Positions 7,435-16,417 of a DNA stretch of 32,000 nucleotides are shown piece after piece. The stretch covers positions 60,001 through 92,000 of the forward strand of contig CAZECW010000020.1 in assembly GCA_964510585.1 (NCBI GenBank), written 5' to 3'. Origin of the DNA: an uncultured archaeon. Lineage in GTDB: Archaea > Asgardarchaeota > Jordiarchaeia > Jordiarchaeales > Jordiarchaeaceae. Within the stretch, counting starts at the first letter, position 1. Every line of letters starts with the position of its first letter. The notes below the pieces were generated by a model. That model saw only the letters and a list, made by a program, of their open reading frames with translations, made no database searches and was not told where the DNA came from. Both the position numbers and the translations under genes were made by a program.

Positions 7435-8748
7435 TTAAGTCTTTATCATGGGCTCGGGGAGCTTCAATTTTTCATGAATCTTATCCTCAAATACTTGCTT
7501 GGCAGTCACCAAGAAAGATTTCTCCACAGCGGCAATGTTGTGATTCGTTGCGACAATCAGGTTTGCCTTTGTACATATCCCTTTCTCATCAGACCAGTAG
7601 TGATGTATCAATGTTCCACGAGGCGCCTCAACTACACCCACACCGTTACCCTCCCTAGGCTCCACATCCGCCAGCTTAACATCGGTACTCACAATATCAG
7701 GATCCTCAAGCAGCATCTTCGCCTTCTCCACAGCTTCAACCAGTTCAACTACCCTGGCCCAATTATATGCAAGGGTGGCGTGGCACGGTCTACCAACAGC
7801 ATCCCTGAACTCCTTAAGGGCTTCTTGAGCCAGAGGAGTTTCCATTTTATCCGCAACATTTATACGCCCCAAAGGTCCTGCACGCCATATTCCATCAGGA
7901 TAACTTGCAGGCTTGAAAAATATGTGGGTAGCATAGGAATGGGGAGCCACATGTTCCGCCACATAGTCCAAATAGTCCTTCTTCGCAAAATCCGCGACAA
8001 TCTTGCCATCAGGGCTCATAACTCTAACCGTTGCGTCACCAAAAATAGTATGCACACCTTCCCTGGCAAGACCAATATAGTATGAATCAAAGACTCCCAA
8101 CTTAGTAATAACATCCAAATAGTCACCAACAACCTTCCTAGCCAAGTCTAAAGTAAATTTGGCAAGCTCCATAGCTCTATCAATTCGCTTCAGTTGCTCG
8201 TCGCGCTCCTCCTCAGTCATAGGCTTAGATTGGCCACCTGGAACAGATGTGACTGGATGTATAGCTCTTCCGCCTACCAAGAAGCAGAGATCCTGGCCAA
8301 TTTTCATAAGCTCAATGGCTTTCTTACCAGCGTCAGGTAAATGTTTAATCACAGTGACCACATTTCTATACTGCGGTTCAGCAAGTGGTCCCACTAAAAA
8401 GTCTGGAGCTGCCAACGCATAAAAGTGCAGGGCATGACTGGAAATAGTTTTCGCTTGGAGAAGGAGGTCTCTAAGCTTTAACGCCGCCTTTGGTGGAGTT
8501 ATGCCCCAAGCAGCTTCAACAGCACTTACCGAAGCCAAGTGGTGGGCCTCGGGACATATACCACAAATTCGTGGCACTATACGGATAACTCGCTCCATTA
8601 GGCGGCCTTCGACGAACTTTTCGAAGAAACGTGTAACTGTTACGCCAAAGTGGGCATCTTCCACTTTATTATTCTTGTCAAGTTTTATTACAATTTTTGC
8701 ATGTCCTTCAAGTCTGGTTGCTGGTTCAATAACAATCTCCTTACTCAT
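7435..8748 (-). CDS. mvhA: F420-non-reducing hydrogenase large subunit (MvhA/VhuA), lacking the C-terminal L2 motif
   Basis: N-terminal TRLEGH, L1 motif RICGICPEAH and GVGVVEAPRGTLIHHY. It ends ...KLPEPMIKT at TAA with no DPCxxCxxH. Confidence 0.95.
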   Translation of the reverse strand: MSKEIVIEPATRLEGHAKIVIKLDKNNKVEDAHFGVTVTRFFEKFVEGRLMERVIRIVPRICGICPEAHHLASVSAVEAAWGITPPKAALKLRDLLLQAKTISSHALHFYALAAPDFLVGPLAEPQYRNVVTVIKHLPDAGKKAIELMKIGQDLCFLVGGRAIHPVTSVPGGQSKPMTEEERDEQLKRIDRAMELAKFTLDLARKVVGDYLDVITKLGVFDSYYIGLAREGVHTIFGDATVRVMSPDGKIVADFAKKDYLDYVAEHVAPHSYATHIFFKPASYPDGIWRAGPLGRINVADKMETPLAQEALKEFRDAVGRPCHATLAYNWARVVELVEAVEKAKMLLEDPDIVSTDVKLADVEPREGNGVGVVEAPRGTLIHHYWSDEKGICTKANLIVATNHNIAAVEKSFLVTAKQVFEDKIHEKLKLPEPMIKT

Positions 8749-8749
8749 A

Positions 8750-9661
8750 TTATTTCGCCTTCCTCACTGTTTTTGAGATTATGCCCGATGGTAAGAAGAA
8801 GTTGTAAAAAGTGCCGGCGACATCACCGACTTTTTCAACAAGTTCCTCCGGGCTTATAGACTCATAATCTACTATCGAGCCGAGTGCACTAATCATCTTA
8901 GCTCCCTGATCTATCACATTCGGCCCAGGGCCGTAGCATCCCCTGCAGGGCATTCCGGCCTTTGGACATAGTGCGCCACATCCCTCGCGGGTAGCGGGGC
9001 CCATGCAAATGTATCCTTGCTCCAATAAACACTTTTTTGGATCCGGTATCCCTTCATAGTCTCTCTTCAACTGTTTTATAGTAATTACCTCAGATTTCTC
9101 CCTGGGACATTCGTCACACAGAGTACGCACAGGTGGCTTCGGTAACTCTCCCTTCAATAAGCCGAGTATAGCATCAGCAATGTCCTTAGAAACTACTGGG
9201 CATCCTGGAAGGAAAACCTCAAAATCTACTATCTTCCTGTTTGGCACAATGAAGTCCAACATTTTCGGGACGTCCTCTTCAGGGATATTAGGTTCTTGGA
9301 CACTTTCTGCCTCCACAAACTTGCGCTTCAAAGCTTGGTCAATAGTGGTGAGATTAAGCAATCCATATATTCCACCATAAGTGGAACAGGTACCCAAAGA
9401 AATCAGAGTCTTACATTTCTTCCTCAAAGTTTTTAAGATGTGCACGTCTTCCTCTGTCCTGCAGACGCCCTCAACAATACCTACATCAATTGAACCATCC
9501 TTGTAACTCTCCAGATCCTTATACTTAAAGTCAGTAACCGTGTGCCAGAACTTGATGTCCAGCTGGGGCAGAATGTCCAAAAGGGCTTCGTGAGTATCAA
9601 GCAAAGATTGATAGCAACCCCAACAACTTGCCAATGAAACCATAGCTACTGTAACGGGCAT
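8750..9661 (-). CDS. mvhG: F420-non-reducing hydrogenase small subunit (MvhG/VhuG)
   Basis: Motifs LASCWGC, VEG, GTCSTYGG, LPGCP, CDECP, CLL..G..CMGP.T..GC.A.CP and PCRGC. Confidence 0.95.
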   Translation of the reverse strand: MPVTVAMVSLASCWGCYQSLLDTHEALLDILPQLDIKFWHTVTDFKYKDLESYKDGSIDVGIVEGVCRTEEDVHILKTLRKKCKTLISLGTCSTYGGIYGLLNLTTIDQALKRKFVEAESVQEPNIPEEDVPKMLDFIVPNRKIVDFEVFLPGCPVVSKDIADAILGLLKGELPKPPVRTLCDECPREKSEVITIKQLKRDYEGIPDPKKCLLEQGYICMGPATREGCGALCPKAGMPCRGCYGPGPNVIDQGAKMISALGSIVDYESISPEELVEKVGDVAGTFYNFFLPSGIISKTVRKAK

Positions 9662-9679
9662 TTTTTAAACCTCCAATTT

Positions 9680-10108
9680 TTACTCCTTATCCTTACTTAG
9701 CGGACTTGGTCCAAGCTCCTTCAATTTTTTAACGAAATCGTTCATAACCTCAACCAAAACATTACCTTCACTAGCAGAAATCCACTCCAACCTCAGCCTT
9801 TCAGGCTCAATCCCCAGTTGCTCAATTAACTTCCTAACAAGCTTAATCCGTTCCTCAGCCCTATAATTACCAGTAACATAGTGGCAGTCGCCATGGTGGC
9901 ACCCTCCAATAAACACGCCATCTGCACCCAACTCGAACGCCTTCAGAATAAACTGGGGATCAACACGACTGCTACACATAACTCTAATAAACCTCACGTT
10001 CGGAGGATACTGCATTCTACTAGTGCCAGCCATATCAGCGCCAGCATACGTACACCAGTTACACAAAATCCCAACAATCCTAGGCTCAAATTCTCCGTTA
10101 CCACCCAT
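9680..10108 (-). CDS. mvhD: Hydrogenase [2Fe-2S] subunit MvhD (all-Cys form)
   Basis: Motifs LCNWCTYAGAD, RVMCSSRV and GCHHGDCHY. GAGGTG six nt upstream supports the ATG at 10108. Confidence 0.95.
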   Translation of the reverse strand: MGGNGEFEPRIVGILCNWCTYAGADMAGTSRMQYPPNVRFIRVMCSSRVDPQFILKAFELGADGVFIGGCHHGDCHYVTGNYRAEERIKLVRKLIEQLGIEPERLRLEWISASEGNVLVEVMNDFVKKLKELGPSPLSKDKE

Positions 10109-10113
10109 AAAGC

Positions 10114-12066
10114 TCACCTCTTCATCGCCGCCTCTATCTGAGCCATCACCTGGTTAAACTTGAAGTGCTGCGTATCTATAGCTCCACTGGGACAGGCAGC
10201 GGCACAGGCCCCACAGCCCTTACATAGCACACTGTTTATGTTAGATTTGCCATCCACAGTCATACCAATTGCTCCATAGGGACAGATGTCCTGACATACC
10301 TTGCACCCAGAGCAGAGTTCCTCGTTTACAATGCTGAAATAGGGCTCAATCTCAACTTCTCCCATACCCATAAGTGCTATTGCAGCTGCAGCCGCGCCTT
10401 TTCCCTGAGCCACAGCATCTGGAATATCTTTCGGTCCCTGAGCCATACCCGCCACAAAAACTCCGTCTGTTAGAGTGTCTACAGGGCGCAGTTTAGGATG
10501 TGCTTCCAGCAGGAATCCATCCGCGCTTCTGGAAAGCCGGAATAAATGCTGTATTTGTTCGGTTTCCTCTCTGGGAATCACCGCAGACGCTAAAACAACC
10601 ATGTCTACCTCCAGCTCCATAAGCTGACCCAGCAAGGTGTCCTCTGCACGAACCATTAGTTTATCCGTCCCAGGAACACGCCTCACTTCAGCAACTCTGC
10701 CACGTACAAAGTTAACCCCATACTCTCTTCCAGCTATCTCGTAGAACTCATCGTAGCCTTTTCCGAAAGTTCTCATATCCATGTAGAAAATGAAAATTTC
10801 AGTGTCAGGATACTTCTCTTTAATCTGCCTAGCATGCTTCACACTATAAGTGCAGCATACCCGGGAACAGTACGGAAACAGCCTCTGGTCACGTGAACCC
10901 ACACACTGTATGAAGGCAATCCGCTTCGGCTTCTCATGAGTCGTTGGAACTATAACCTTGCCACCAGTGGGGCCAAACGAGCTTAATAATCTCTCAAGTT
11001 CCAGCGAAGTAATAACATTGGGCAAAATACCATAACCATATTGAGGAGCATCAAAGGGTGTATACACATCATAGCCCGTAGCAATTATCACCGTGCCTAC
11101 TTCCAGCTCTATCTCCCTCTCCTGCTGGTTAAAATCAATAGCCTCAGGCTCACAAACCTTCACACACAATTTACACTCTATACATTTTTCTCTATCGATG
11201 GTGTAAACGTTAGGCACTGCCTGTGGGAAGGGAACATAAATGGCTTTCCTTGATCCCATACCCAACTCAAACTCGTTTGGAACAAATACAGGACAAACTT
11301 CAGCACATTTTCCACAACCAGTACATTTATCCGCCAATACATATCTGGGGTGTTCTACTATTTTGACTTTGAAATTGCCCACGTATCCCTCCACTTCCTT
11401 TATTTCACTATAACTGTGGATTTCTATGTTGGGATGCCGGGCAACATCCACCATTTTAGGGGTCAAAATGCATGCACTGCAGTCCATCGTAGGAAATGTT
11501 TTGTCAAGCTGGGCCATTCTTCCCCCTATGGTTGGGCTTTTTTCAAGAAGGTGAACCTTGAAGCCTGCATTCGCCACGTCCAGAGCTGCTGAAATCCCAG
11601 CTATTCCACCGCCAACAATAAGGCATACTGGTGTCACCTTCACCTTTTGCACTTCTAGTGGCTCCAGTCTTGCAGCCTTGGCCACCGCAATTCTTATCAA
11701 GTCCTTCGCTTTTTCCAGCGCTTCTTTAGGCTGCCTCATATGCACCCAGGTATCATGCTCCCTAATATTCGCCTGTTCATAAAGAAACTGGTTTAATCCA
11801 GCCTCCGCACACACCCTTCGAAAAGTAGGCTCGTGAAGCCTGGGACTGCAAGCCGCAACCACAATCCTGTTAAGATTGTGCTCCTTGATGTCCTGCTTAA
11901 TCATTTCCTGCCCAGGATCTGAACACATAAAACGGTAATCCTTCGCCACCACAACATTGGGCAAAGTCGCCGCATAGCTTGCCAATTCCTGCGGACTAAC
12001 AACACCAGCAATGTTCGTTCCACAGTGACACACGTACACTCCAATACGTACTTCTTTTTCACCCAT
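10114..12066 (-). CDS. hdrA: Heterodisulfide reductase subunit A (flavin-bifurcating), 650 aa
   Basis: Motifs [27 protein letters not shown] (FAD), [15 protein letters not shown], inserted ferredoxin, CVGSRD..YCSRVCC and C-terminal ferredoxins. GGAGGA RBS supports the ATG at 12066. Confidence 0.97.
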   Translation of the reverse strand: MGEKEVRIGVYVCHCGTNIAGVVSPQELASYAATLPNVVVAKDYRFMCSDPGQEMIKQDIKEHNLNRIVVAACSPRLHEPTFRRVCAEAGLNQFLYEQANIREHDTWVHMRQPKEALEKAKDLIRIAVAKAARLEPLEVQKVKVTPVCLIVGGGIAGISAALDVANAGFKVHLLEKSPTIGGRMAQLDKTFPTMDCSACILTPKMVDVARHPNIEIHSYSEIKEVEGYVGNFKVKIVEHPRYVLADKCTGCGKCAEVCPVFVPNEFELGMGSRKAIYVPFPQAVPNVYTIDREKCIECKLCVKVCEPEAIDFNQQEREIELEVGTVIIATGYDVYTPFDAPQYGYGILPNVITSLELERLLSSFGPTGGKVIVPTTHEKPKRIAFIQCVGSRDQRLFPYCSRVCCTYSVKHARQIKEKYPDTEIFIFYMDMRTFGKGYDEFYEIAGREYGVNFVRGRVAEVRRVPGTDKLMVRAEDTLLGQLMELEVDMVVLASAVIPREETEQIQHLFRLSRSADGFLLEAHPKLRPVDTLTDGVFVAGMAQGPKDIPDAVAQGKGAAAAAIALMGMGEVEIEPYFSIVNEELCSGCKVCQDICPYGAIGMTVDGKSNINSVLCKGCGACAAACPSGAIDTQHFKFNQVMAQIEAAMKR

Positions 12067-12189
12067 CAGGACTTCCTCCGAACAACGGTTTGGAACTTCT
12101 AACACTAAACACAATCATCATTAAAAAATTTTCCCACGCCATTTTTTAGACGTGAAACTTCCGACTAACACGGTAATTTTTTATATTTA

Positions 12190-12670
12190 ATGCTTTCGTT
12201 AACCTACAAACCCCCAACAACCCTAAACCACCCACCCACAGATAGGTCTACAGCCACACACAAAAAACAAAAATTAAGCCACAAACCAGCACAAAAACGC
12301 CAAAAACACCTACCGAGACCCCAAAAAATGAGAAAAATTAACAAACACCTCCGCCCAACAATCAAAAAATAAAAAACAAAAAAACACAAAAAATAAAGTT
12401 AAAACACCCCCAACCAACACAAAAAAGAGCACAAATAAAACAAACTACCCTTTTAAAATCCCAAAAATAGAACCAAAACTAAGGACCAAACAAAACAAAA
12501 ACCACAAAAACAAACCAGTACTCCACGAAAATAATAAACACAAAAAAACAACAAACCAAAAAAAGCAAATAATTTATAAATTAAAAAACACAACGTAAGA
12601 CGGCGCAAAAGCCACACAACAGCGCCCAATAAAAACCAACAACCTATCATGACCAAAAGAAGGTAACCAC
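12190..12670. other. Low-complexity, extremely A+C-rich (plus strand) intergenic region between divergent hdrA and hdrC
   Basis: For example, 12361-12420 contains 54 A/C in 60 nt and a single G. ORFs called here are compositional artefacts. Confidence 0.8.
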
Positions 12671-12671
12671 C

Positions 12672-13262
12672 ATGACTGAAGACCAAAAAATAATAAGAAA
12701 AACAGATCCACAATTCATCGAAGAAATAATAGAATACGGTTCAAATTACTTCACAAAAGAAGAAATGGAAAGACTCAAAGCCTGCATCCAATGCGGCACA
12801 TGTATCGGCGGCTGTCCAAGCGGTAGGAGGACCGCGTGGCGTATTAAGAAGATTTTCAGGAGAGCTCAGCTGGGATTAAAAGAAGATGTTTTCAAGGATG
12901 ATGAGCTCTGGTCGTGCACGACGTGTTTTACCTGTCAAGAGCGTTGCCCACGTAAGGTGCCTACTACGGATGTTGTTCGTGTTATTCGTAATCTTGCTTT
13001 TAGGAGTGGTGTTGCCAATCCGAGGCATTTGGCTGTTTGTGGTTACCTTTTCAAGTTTGGTCATGCGGTTCCTATTAATGATGAGACTAGGGCAGTTAGG
13101 AAGAAGATTGGCTTGGATGAACTTCCGGCGACTGTTCACAAGTTTCCTGAAGGTTTGAAAGAAGTTACCAAAATAGTTGAGGAGACTGGTTTTAAGAAGA
13201 TTGTTGAGGATGCTCAGAAGGAGGCTCAAATGAAGGAGGCTCAGAAGGTTGAGAAAAAGTAG
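12672..13262 (+). CDS. hdrC: Heterodisulfide reductase subunit C
   Basis: Two [4Fe-4S] motifs, CIQCGTCIGGCP and CTTCFTCQERCP, directly upstream of hdrB. Confidence 0.95.
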   Translation: MTEDQKIIRKTDPQFIEEIIEYGSNYFTKEEMERLKACIQCGTCIGGCPSGRRTAWRIKKIFRRAQLGLKEDVFKDDELWSCTTCFTCQERCPRKVPTTDVVRVIRNLAFRSGVANPRHLAVCGYLFKFGHAVPINDETRAVRKKIGLDELPATVHKFPEGLKEVTKIVEETGFKKIVEDAQKEAQMKEAQKVEKK

Positions 13263-14148
13263 GTATGCTTATTTTTTGGGTTGTTTGACTCCAAATCGGT
13301 ATCCTGGTATTGAGGCTGCGACTAAGGATGTGCTTAACTTTTTTGATATTGAAGTTTTGGAGATGAATGGTGCTTCGTGTTGTCCTGCTCCGGGAGTTTT
13401 TGGTTCTTTTGATCTTTTAACGTGGTTGACTATTGCTGCTAGGAATCTGACTATTGCTGAGGGTCTGAATGCGAATATCGTGGTTACTTGCAATGGGTGT
13501 TATGGGACCCTTCAGGAGGCTAATCATATGCTTAAGTCGAATAAGGAGTTGAGGGAGCAGGTTAATCAGTTGTTGGCTAAGATTGGAAGGGAATATAAGG
13601 GTAAGGTCGATGTGGTGCATGTTGTTGAAGTTTTGCGGAACGATGTGGGTCTTGAGAGGATTAGTGATAGTACGGTTCAGCCTTTGACTGGGGTTAAGGT
13701 TGGGGTGCATTATGGTTGCCACTTTTTGAAGCCTAGTGATGTGAGGCAGAAGGGGAATCCTGAGACTCCAGTTATTATGGAGGAATTGATTAGTGCTGTG
13801 GATGCGGTTCCTTTGGAGTATAAGGATAAATTGATGTGTTGTGGTGCTGGTGGTGGTGTGAGGGCTGCGAAGATTGATGTTGCCCTAGACTTTACCAAGG
13901 AGAAGATTGATAACATGTTGGCTGCGGGTGCTGATTGTGTTTGCACGCCTTGTGCGTTTTGTCATTTTCAGTTTGATGCGGGGCAGCAGGAGCTTAATGC
14001 TAAGTTGAAGAATGGTCACTATAATCTTCCAGTGATTTTTATTACTCAGCTTATTGGGCTGGGACTGGGCATATCGCCGGTTAGAATGGGATTATACGAT
14101 AATAAAACCCAGGTTCAAACCTTGCTTGATAAGATTCGTGGAGCCTGA
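13249..14148 (+). CDS. hdrB: Heterodisulfide reductase subunit B
   Basis: Two CCG domains (FLGC...SCCP...CNGC and YGCH...CCG...CAFC). TTG start overlaps the hdrC stop region. Confidence 0.95.
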   Translation: MRKSRYAYFLGCLTPNRYPGIEAATKDVLNFFDIEVLEMNGASCCPAPGVFGSFDLLTWLTIAARNLTIAEGLNANIVVTCNGCYGTLQEANHMLKSNKELREQVNQLLAKIGREYKGKVDVVHVVEVLRNDVGLERISDSTVQPLTGVKVGVHYGCHFLKPSDVRQKGNPETPVIMEELISAVDAVPLEYKDKLMCCGAGGGVRAAKIDVALDFTKEKIDNMLAAGADCVCTPCAFCHFQFDAGQQELNAKLKNGHYNLPVIFITQLIGLGLGISPVRMGLYDNKTQVQTLLDKIRGA

Positions 14149-14321
14149 GCCCTATCTGACTCCCCTTTTCAATCTTTATTTTTTTGTTTGTATTTTGCTT
14201 AAGCCCCAGTTTTTCCCATTTTCGGATGGGAGCCTCAATTTTCAGCCTTTTTACCAGGCAATCCACATTAAAACTATTTATCTAGAAATTCTTATTTAAA
14301 CCCCTTGACAATTCATCCCAA

Positions 14322-14401
14322 GGTTTAAACCGCGTGTTTGTAGAGTTTTCTGTAACCAAGGATATGGTTTTGCTTGTTAACCATTTTAGGAGGTTTAAAC
14401 C
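14322..14401. promoter_or_regulatory. Two perfect GGTTTAAACC palindromes 70 nt apart in a convergent intergenic region
   Basis: Copies at 14322-14331 and 14392-14401. Function not established. Confidence 0.3.
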
Positions 14402-14471
14402 ATTTTGGGTTTCTACCAAGGCGTCCAGATAATACTTATGATCCTTAAAGGTATATTAAAGAACAACTAGC

Positions 14472-15023
14472 TTATGGAATGTTTTTGATTTCTTGGATTA
14501 TAGTATTCAGGGCTTTACCAAATAGTGCAATCATTGACGTGAATATTATCATAAATAGTATAAATATTTCTGTTCCGGGAAGGGTGTAAATCCATGATGT
14601 GGTGTGTATGAGACCATAAGCCCCCCACAATACAGATATTGCGATGGATAGTGCTGGTGCAAGAAGGAACATTGCGTTTCTTTGATAGTTCTGCTTCACA
14701 ACACTTTTTATCAGAGACCAAACCTCCTTGTAGCTCTTGTAACGGTTGGAAACCTCAGTGTAGATTGGGGCGTAAAATAGTAGAAAGGGTAAAGGGACGG
14801 TGACTAGGACAAACATTAGCCTTAACATAGTAAGCTCTTGAAACGGAAAGCAAGCTAAAAATCGGAAGGGTAAGAAAAAGAAGGTTTTAGAAAGCCTCGA
14901 GAAAATAAGCAAAATAGAGATGTACAGAGCAATAAATGCAGTCCAATTTAAAATAAGAAGCAGAGAAAACTTATTGAGCATAACTCGCCGCTTTTCAGAA
15001 TCCTTCTCAGATTTTTTAACCAT
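14472..15023 (-). CDS. Small polytopic membrane protein (~183 aa, ~4 TM), unknown function
   Basis: Four hydrophobic segments and a charged N-terminus (MVKKSEKDSEKRR). GGTGG RBS supports the ATG at 15023 (or 15029). The track start at 15179 overlaps the upstream gene. Confidence 0.75.
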   Translation of the reverse strand: MVKKSEKDSEKRRVMLNKFSLLLILNWTAFIALYISILLIFSRLSKTFFFLPFRFLACFPFQELTMLRLMFVLVTVPLPFLLFYAPIYTEVSNRYKSYKEVWSLIKSVVKQNYQRNAMFLLAPALSIAISVLWGAYGLIHTTSWIYTLPGTEIFILFMIIFTSMIALFGKALNTIIQEIKNIP

Positions 15024-15130
15024 TTCCATACCACCTACAAACATTTTTGATAAAAACGTACATAAGCTGCGCTTCTTAGACAAAGAACGAAAACATGTTT
15101 TTATAGCAAATAAAAAATAGTGGAATGTTG

Positions 15131-16417
15131 TCAACCAAAGTACGGGCCAGCCCAGACCCAAGTATTCCATGGAATCCATGAATTCTTTATGCCCTCAGCA
15201 AGAATCATAGCTTGAATACCACTAAGTATTAAGGCGTTAACGCCAATGCCCGTAAAGATGATGCCTGTAACGTAGGAATTGGGAAGCCACTCATGAATTG
15301 AGTAATCGAACCAAACCAGGTATTGTGTAACCCACGAGGTGAGGTACCCAAGGATAGTCCAAGGATAAATATAATGAACGAAAGTATGTGTTCTAATTCC
15401 CCAGTCATTTACCGAAGCCCGATCGTAAGCCCTACTTATCTCCCATACGGCATAACCTACAGCAGGACCTACTAAAGCACCCACAGCTGCAATAGCTGGT
15501 GCGCTAATTCCTACGGTTGCCAGAATAAGTGCTATGAAACCAGTTACAGTTGTTCCAGCTCCTATTCCAATATTAAGCACACACCTTTCCTTAAAGTTCA
15601 AAGCCTCCAAGACAGGTTTATCTGTTCCTGGAACCATAAAAGAGTTTCTGTAGCGGATAACTAGTTGAACGTCTTCGCCGTAGTATAGTGGGTACCCGAA
15701 GGGCCACCAGCCTATCCAGATCCACAGTGGAAGGATGCTTTTGTAGACGTCTGGATCCATGATCAGTATCCCCTCCTCGTTGTAGTAGGAGGCTTTAATT
15801 ACTTCTTGTAGGGTGCCGTTGACTTCAAGCTGGTACTGCTTACAAATTACGGTGAACTGGGTTCCATTTATGGTTAGTGACTGGTTCCACTCCCCTACAA
15901 GCCGCCCCTGCCCAATTACCAGGTCAAAATCTGGGATATCGACCATTGTTGTCATCACGTGCTCCCTTGCGAGTAGGGAATCGTACTGTTTTAGGTATTC
16001 CACTTGTTTCGGGTTTTCGTAAAGGAACTGGTTGAAAAGCGCATATAAAGATTTTGTGCTGGGAGAATCCTTTTTGTGCTGTATGCCAATTACAGCCCCA
16101 AACAATTCATTGATTTTTCCACGTTCCGCAAGCCACTCTATGAAAGCACTATTTATTTTCGTCTCCAAATCTTGCTTGGTGACTGTTCCCATCCGCATAT
16201 CGTTCCATGGGGTCTGGATGCCTTCCTGCGGCTGGAAATCAGCAGTAGCTTTAATTTGCAAAGCGGAAGCAGCTCCCCAGCCATTGCCCAGATAGGCCAG
16301 CATAGAAAAGCCATTTGAAGCTGTATAAATATTGCCTAAAGCCATTGAGTAAAGTGTTCCAAAACCCAGGGAAAAAACAAGAAAACCAATTAGAAGAACC
16401 CCGAAACCCCTACCCAT
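15131..16417 (-). CDS. Secreted/membrane protein (~428 aa) with a C-terminal Gly/Ala-rich hydrophobic hairpin, unknown function
   Basis: N-terminal hydrophobic signal, sequons NQS and NGT (x2), Trp-rich segments, and the long hydrophobic stretch IGIGAGTTVTGFIALILATVGISAPAIAAVGALVGPAVGYAVW. GAGGT RBS precedes the ATG at 16417. Confidence 0.8.
   Translation of the reverse strand: MGRGFGVLLIGFLVFSLGFGTLYSMALGNIYTASNGFSMLAYLGNGWGAASALQIKATADFQPQEGIQTPWNDMRMGTVTKQDLETKINSAFIEWLAERGKINELFGAVIGIQHKKDSPSTKSLYALFNQFLYENPKQVEYLKQYDSLLAREHVMTTMVDIPDFDLVIGQGRLVGEWNQSLTINGTQFTVICKQYQLEVNGTLQEVIKASYYNEEGILIMDPDVYKSILPLWIWIGWWPFGYPLYYGEDVQLVIRYRNSFMVPGTDKPVLEALNFKERCVLNIGIGAGTTVTGFIALILATVGISAPAIAAVGALVGPAVGYAVWEISRAYDRASVNDWGIRTHTFVHYIYPWTILGYLTSWVTQYLVWFDYSIHEWLPNSYVTGIIFTGIGVNALILSGIQAMILAEGIKNSWIPWNTWVWAGPYFG

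Noticed and set aside
7408-7437. Idea that mvhA and vhuU are one gene broken by a sequencing error or pseudogenisation
   Set aside because: They are in different frames, with a TAA stop, a separate RBS and ATG, and the same DGAU order as the known split Vhu operon.
7284-8085. Plus-strand ORFs 7284-7658 and 7390-8085
   Set aside because: Antisense to vhuU and mvhA, with no motifs.
12190-12713. ORFs 12190-12372 (+), 12204-12389 (-) and 12453-12713 (-)
   Set aside because: They are products of extreme A/C versus G/T skew, giving low-complexity K/T/N/Q/P or F/L/V/C/G translations.
7141-14441. 12-bp direct repeat TAATACTTATGA at 7141 and 14430 flanking the hdr/mvh cluster (possible insertion boundary)
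   Set aside because: Tens of chance 12-mer repeats are expected in 32 kb, more so in AT-rich spacers, and no integrase or tRNA is nearby.
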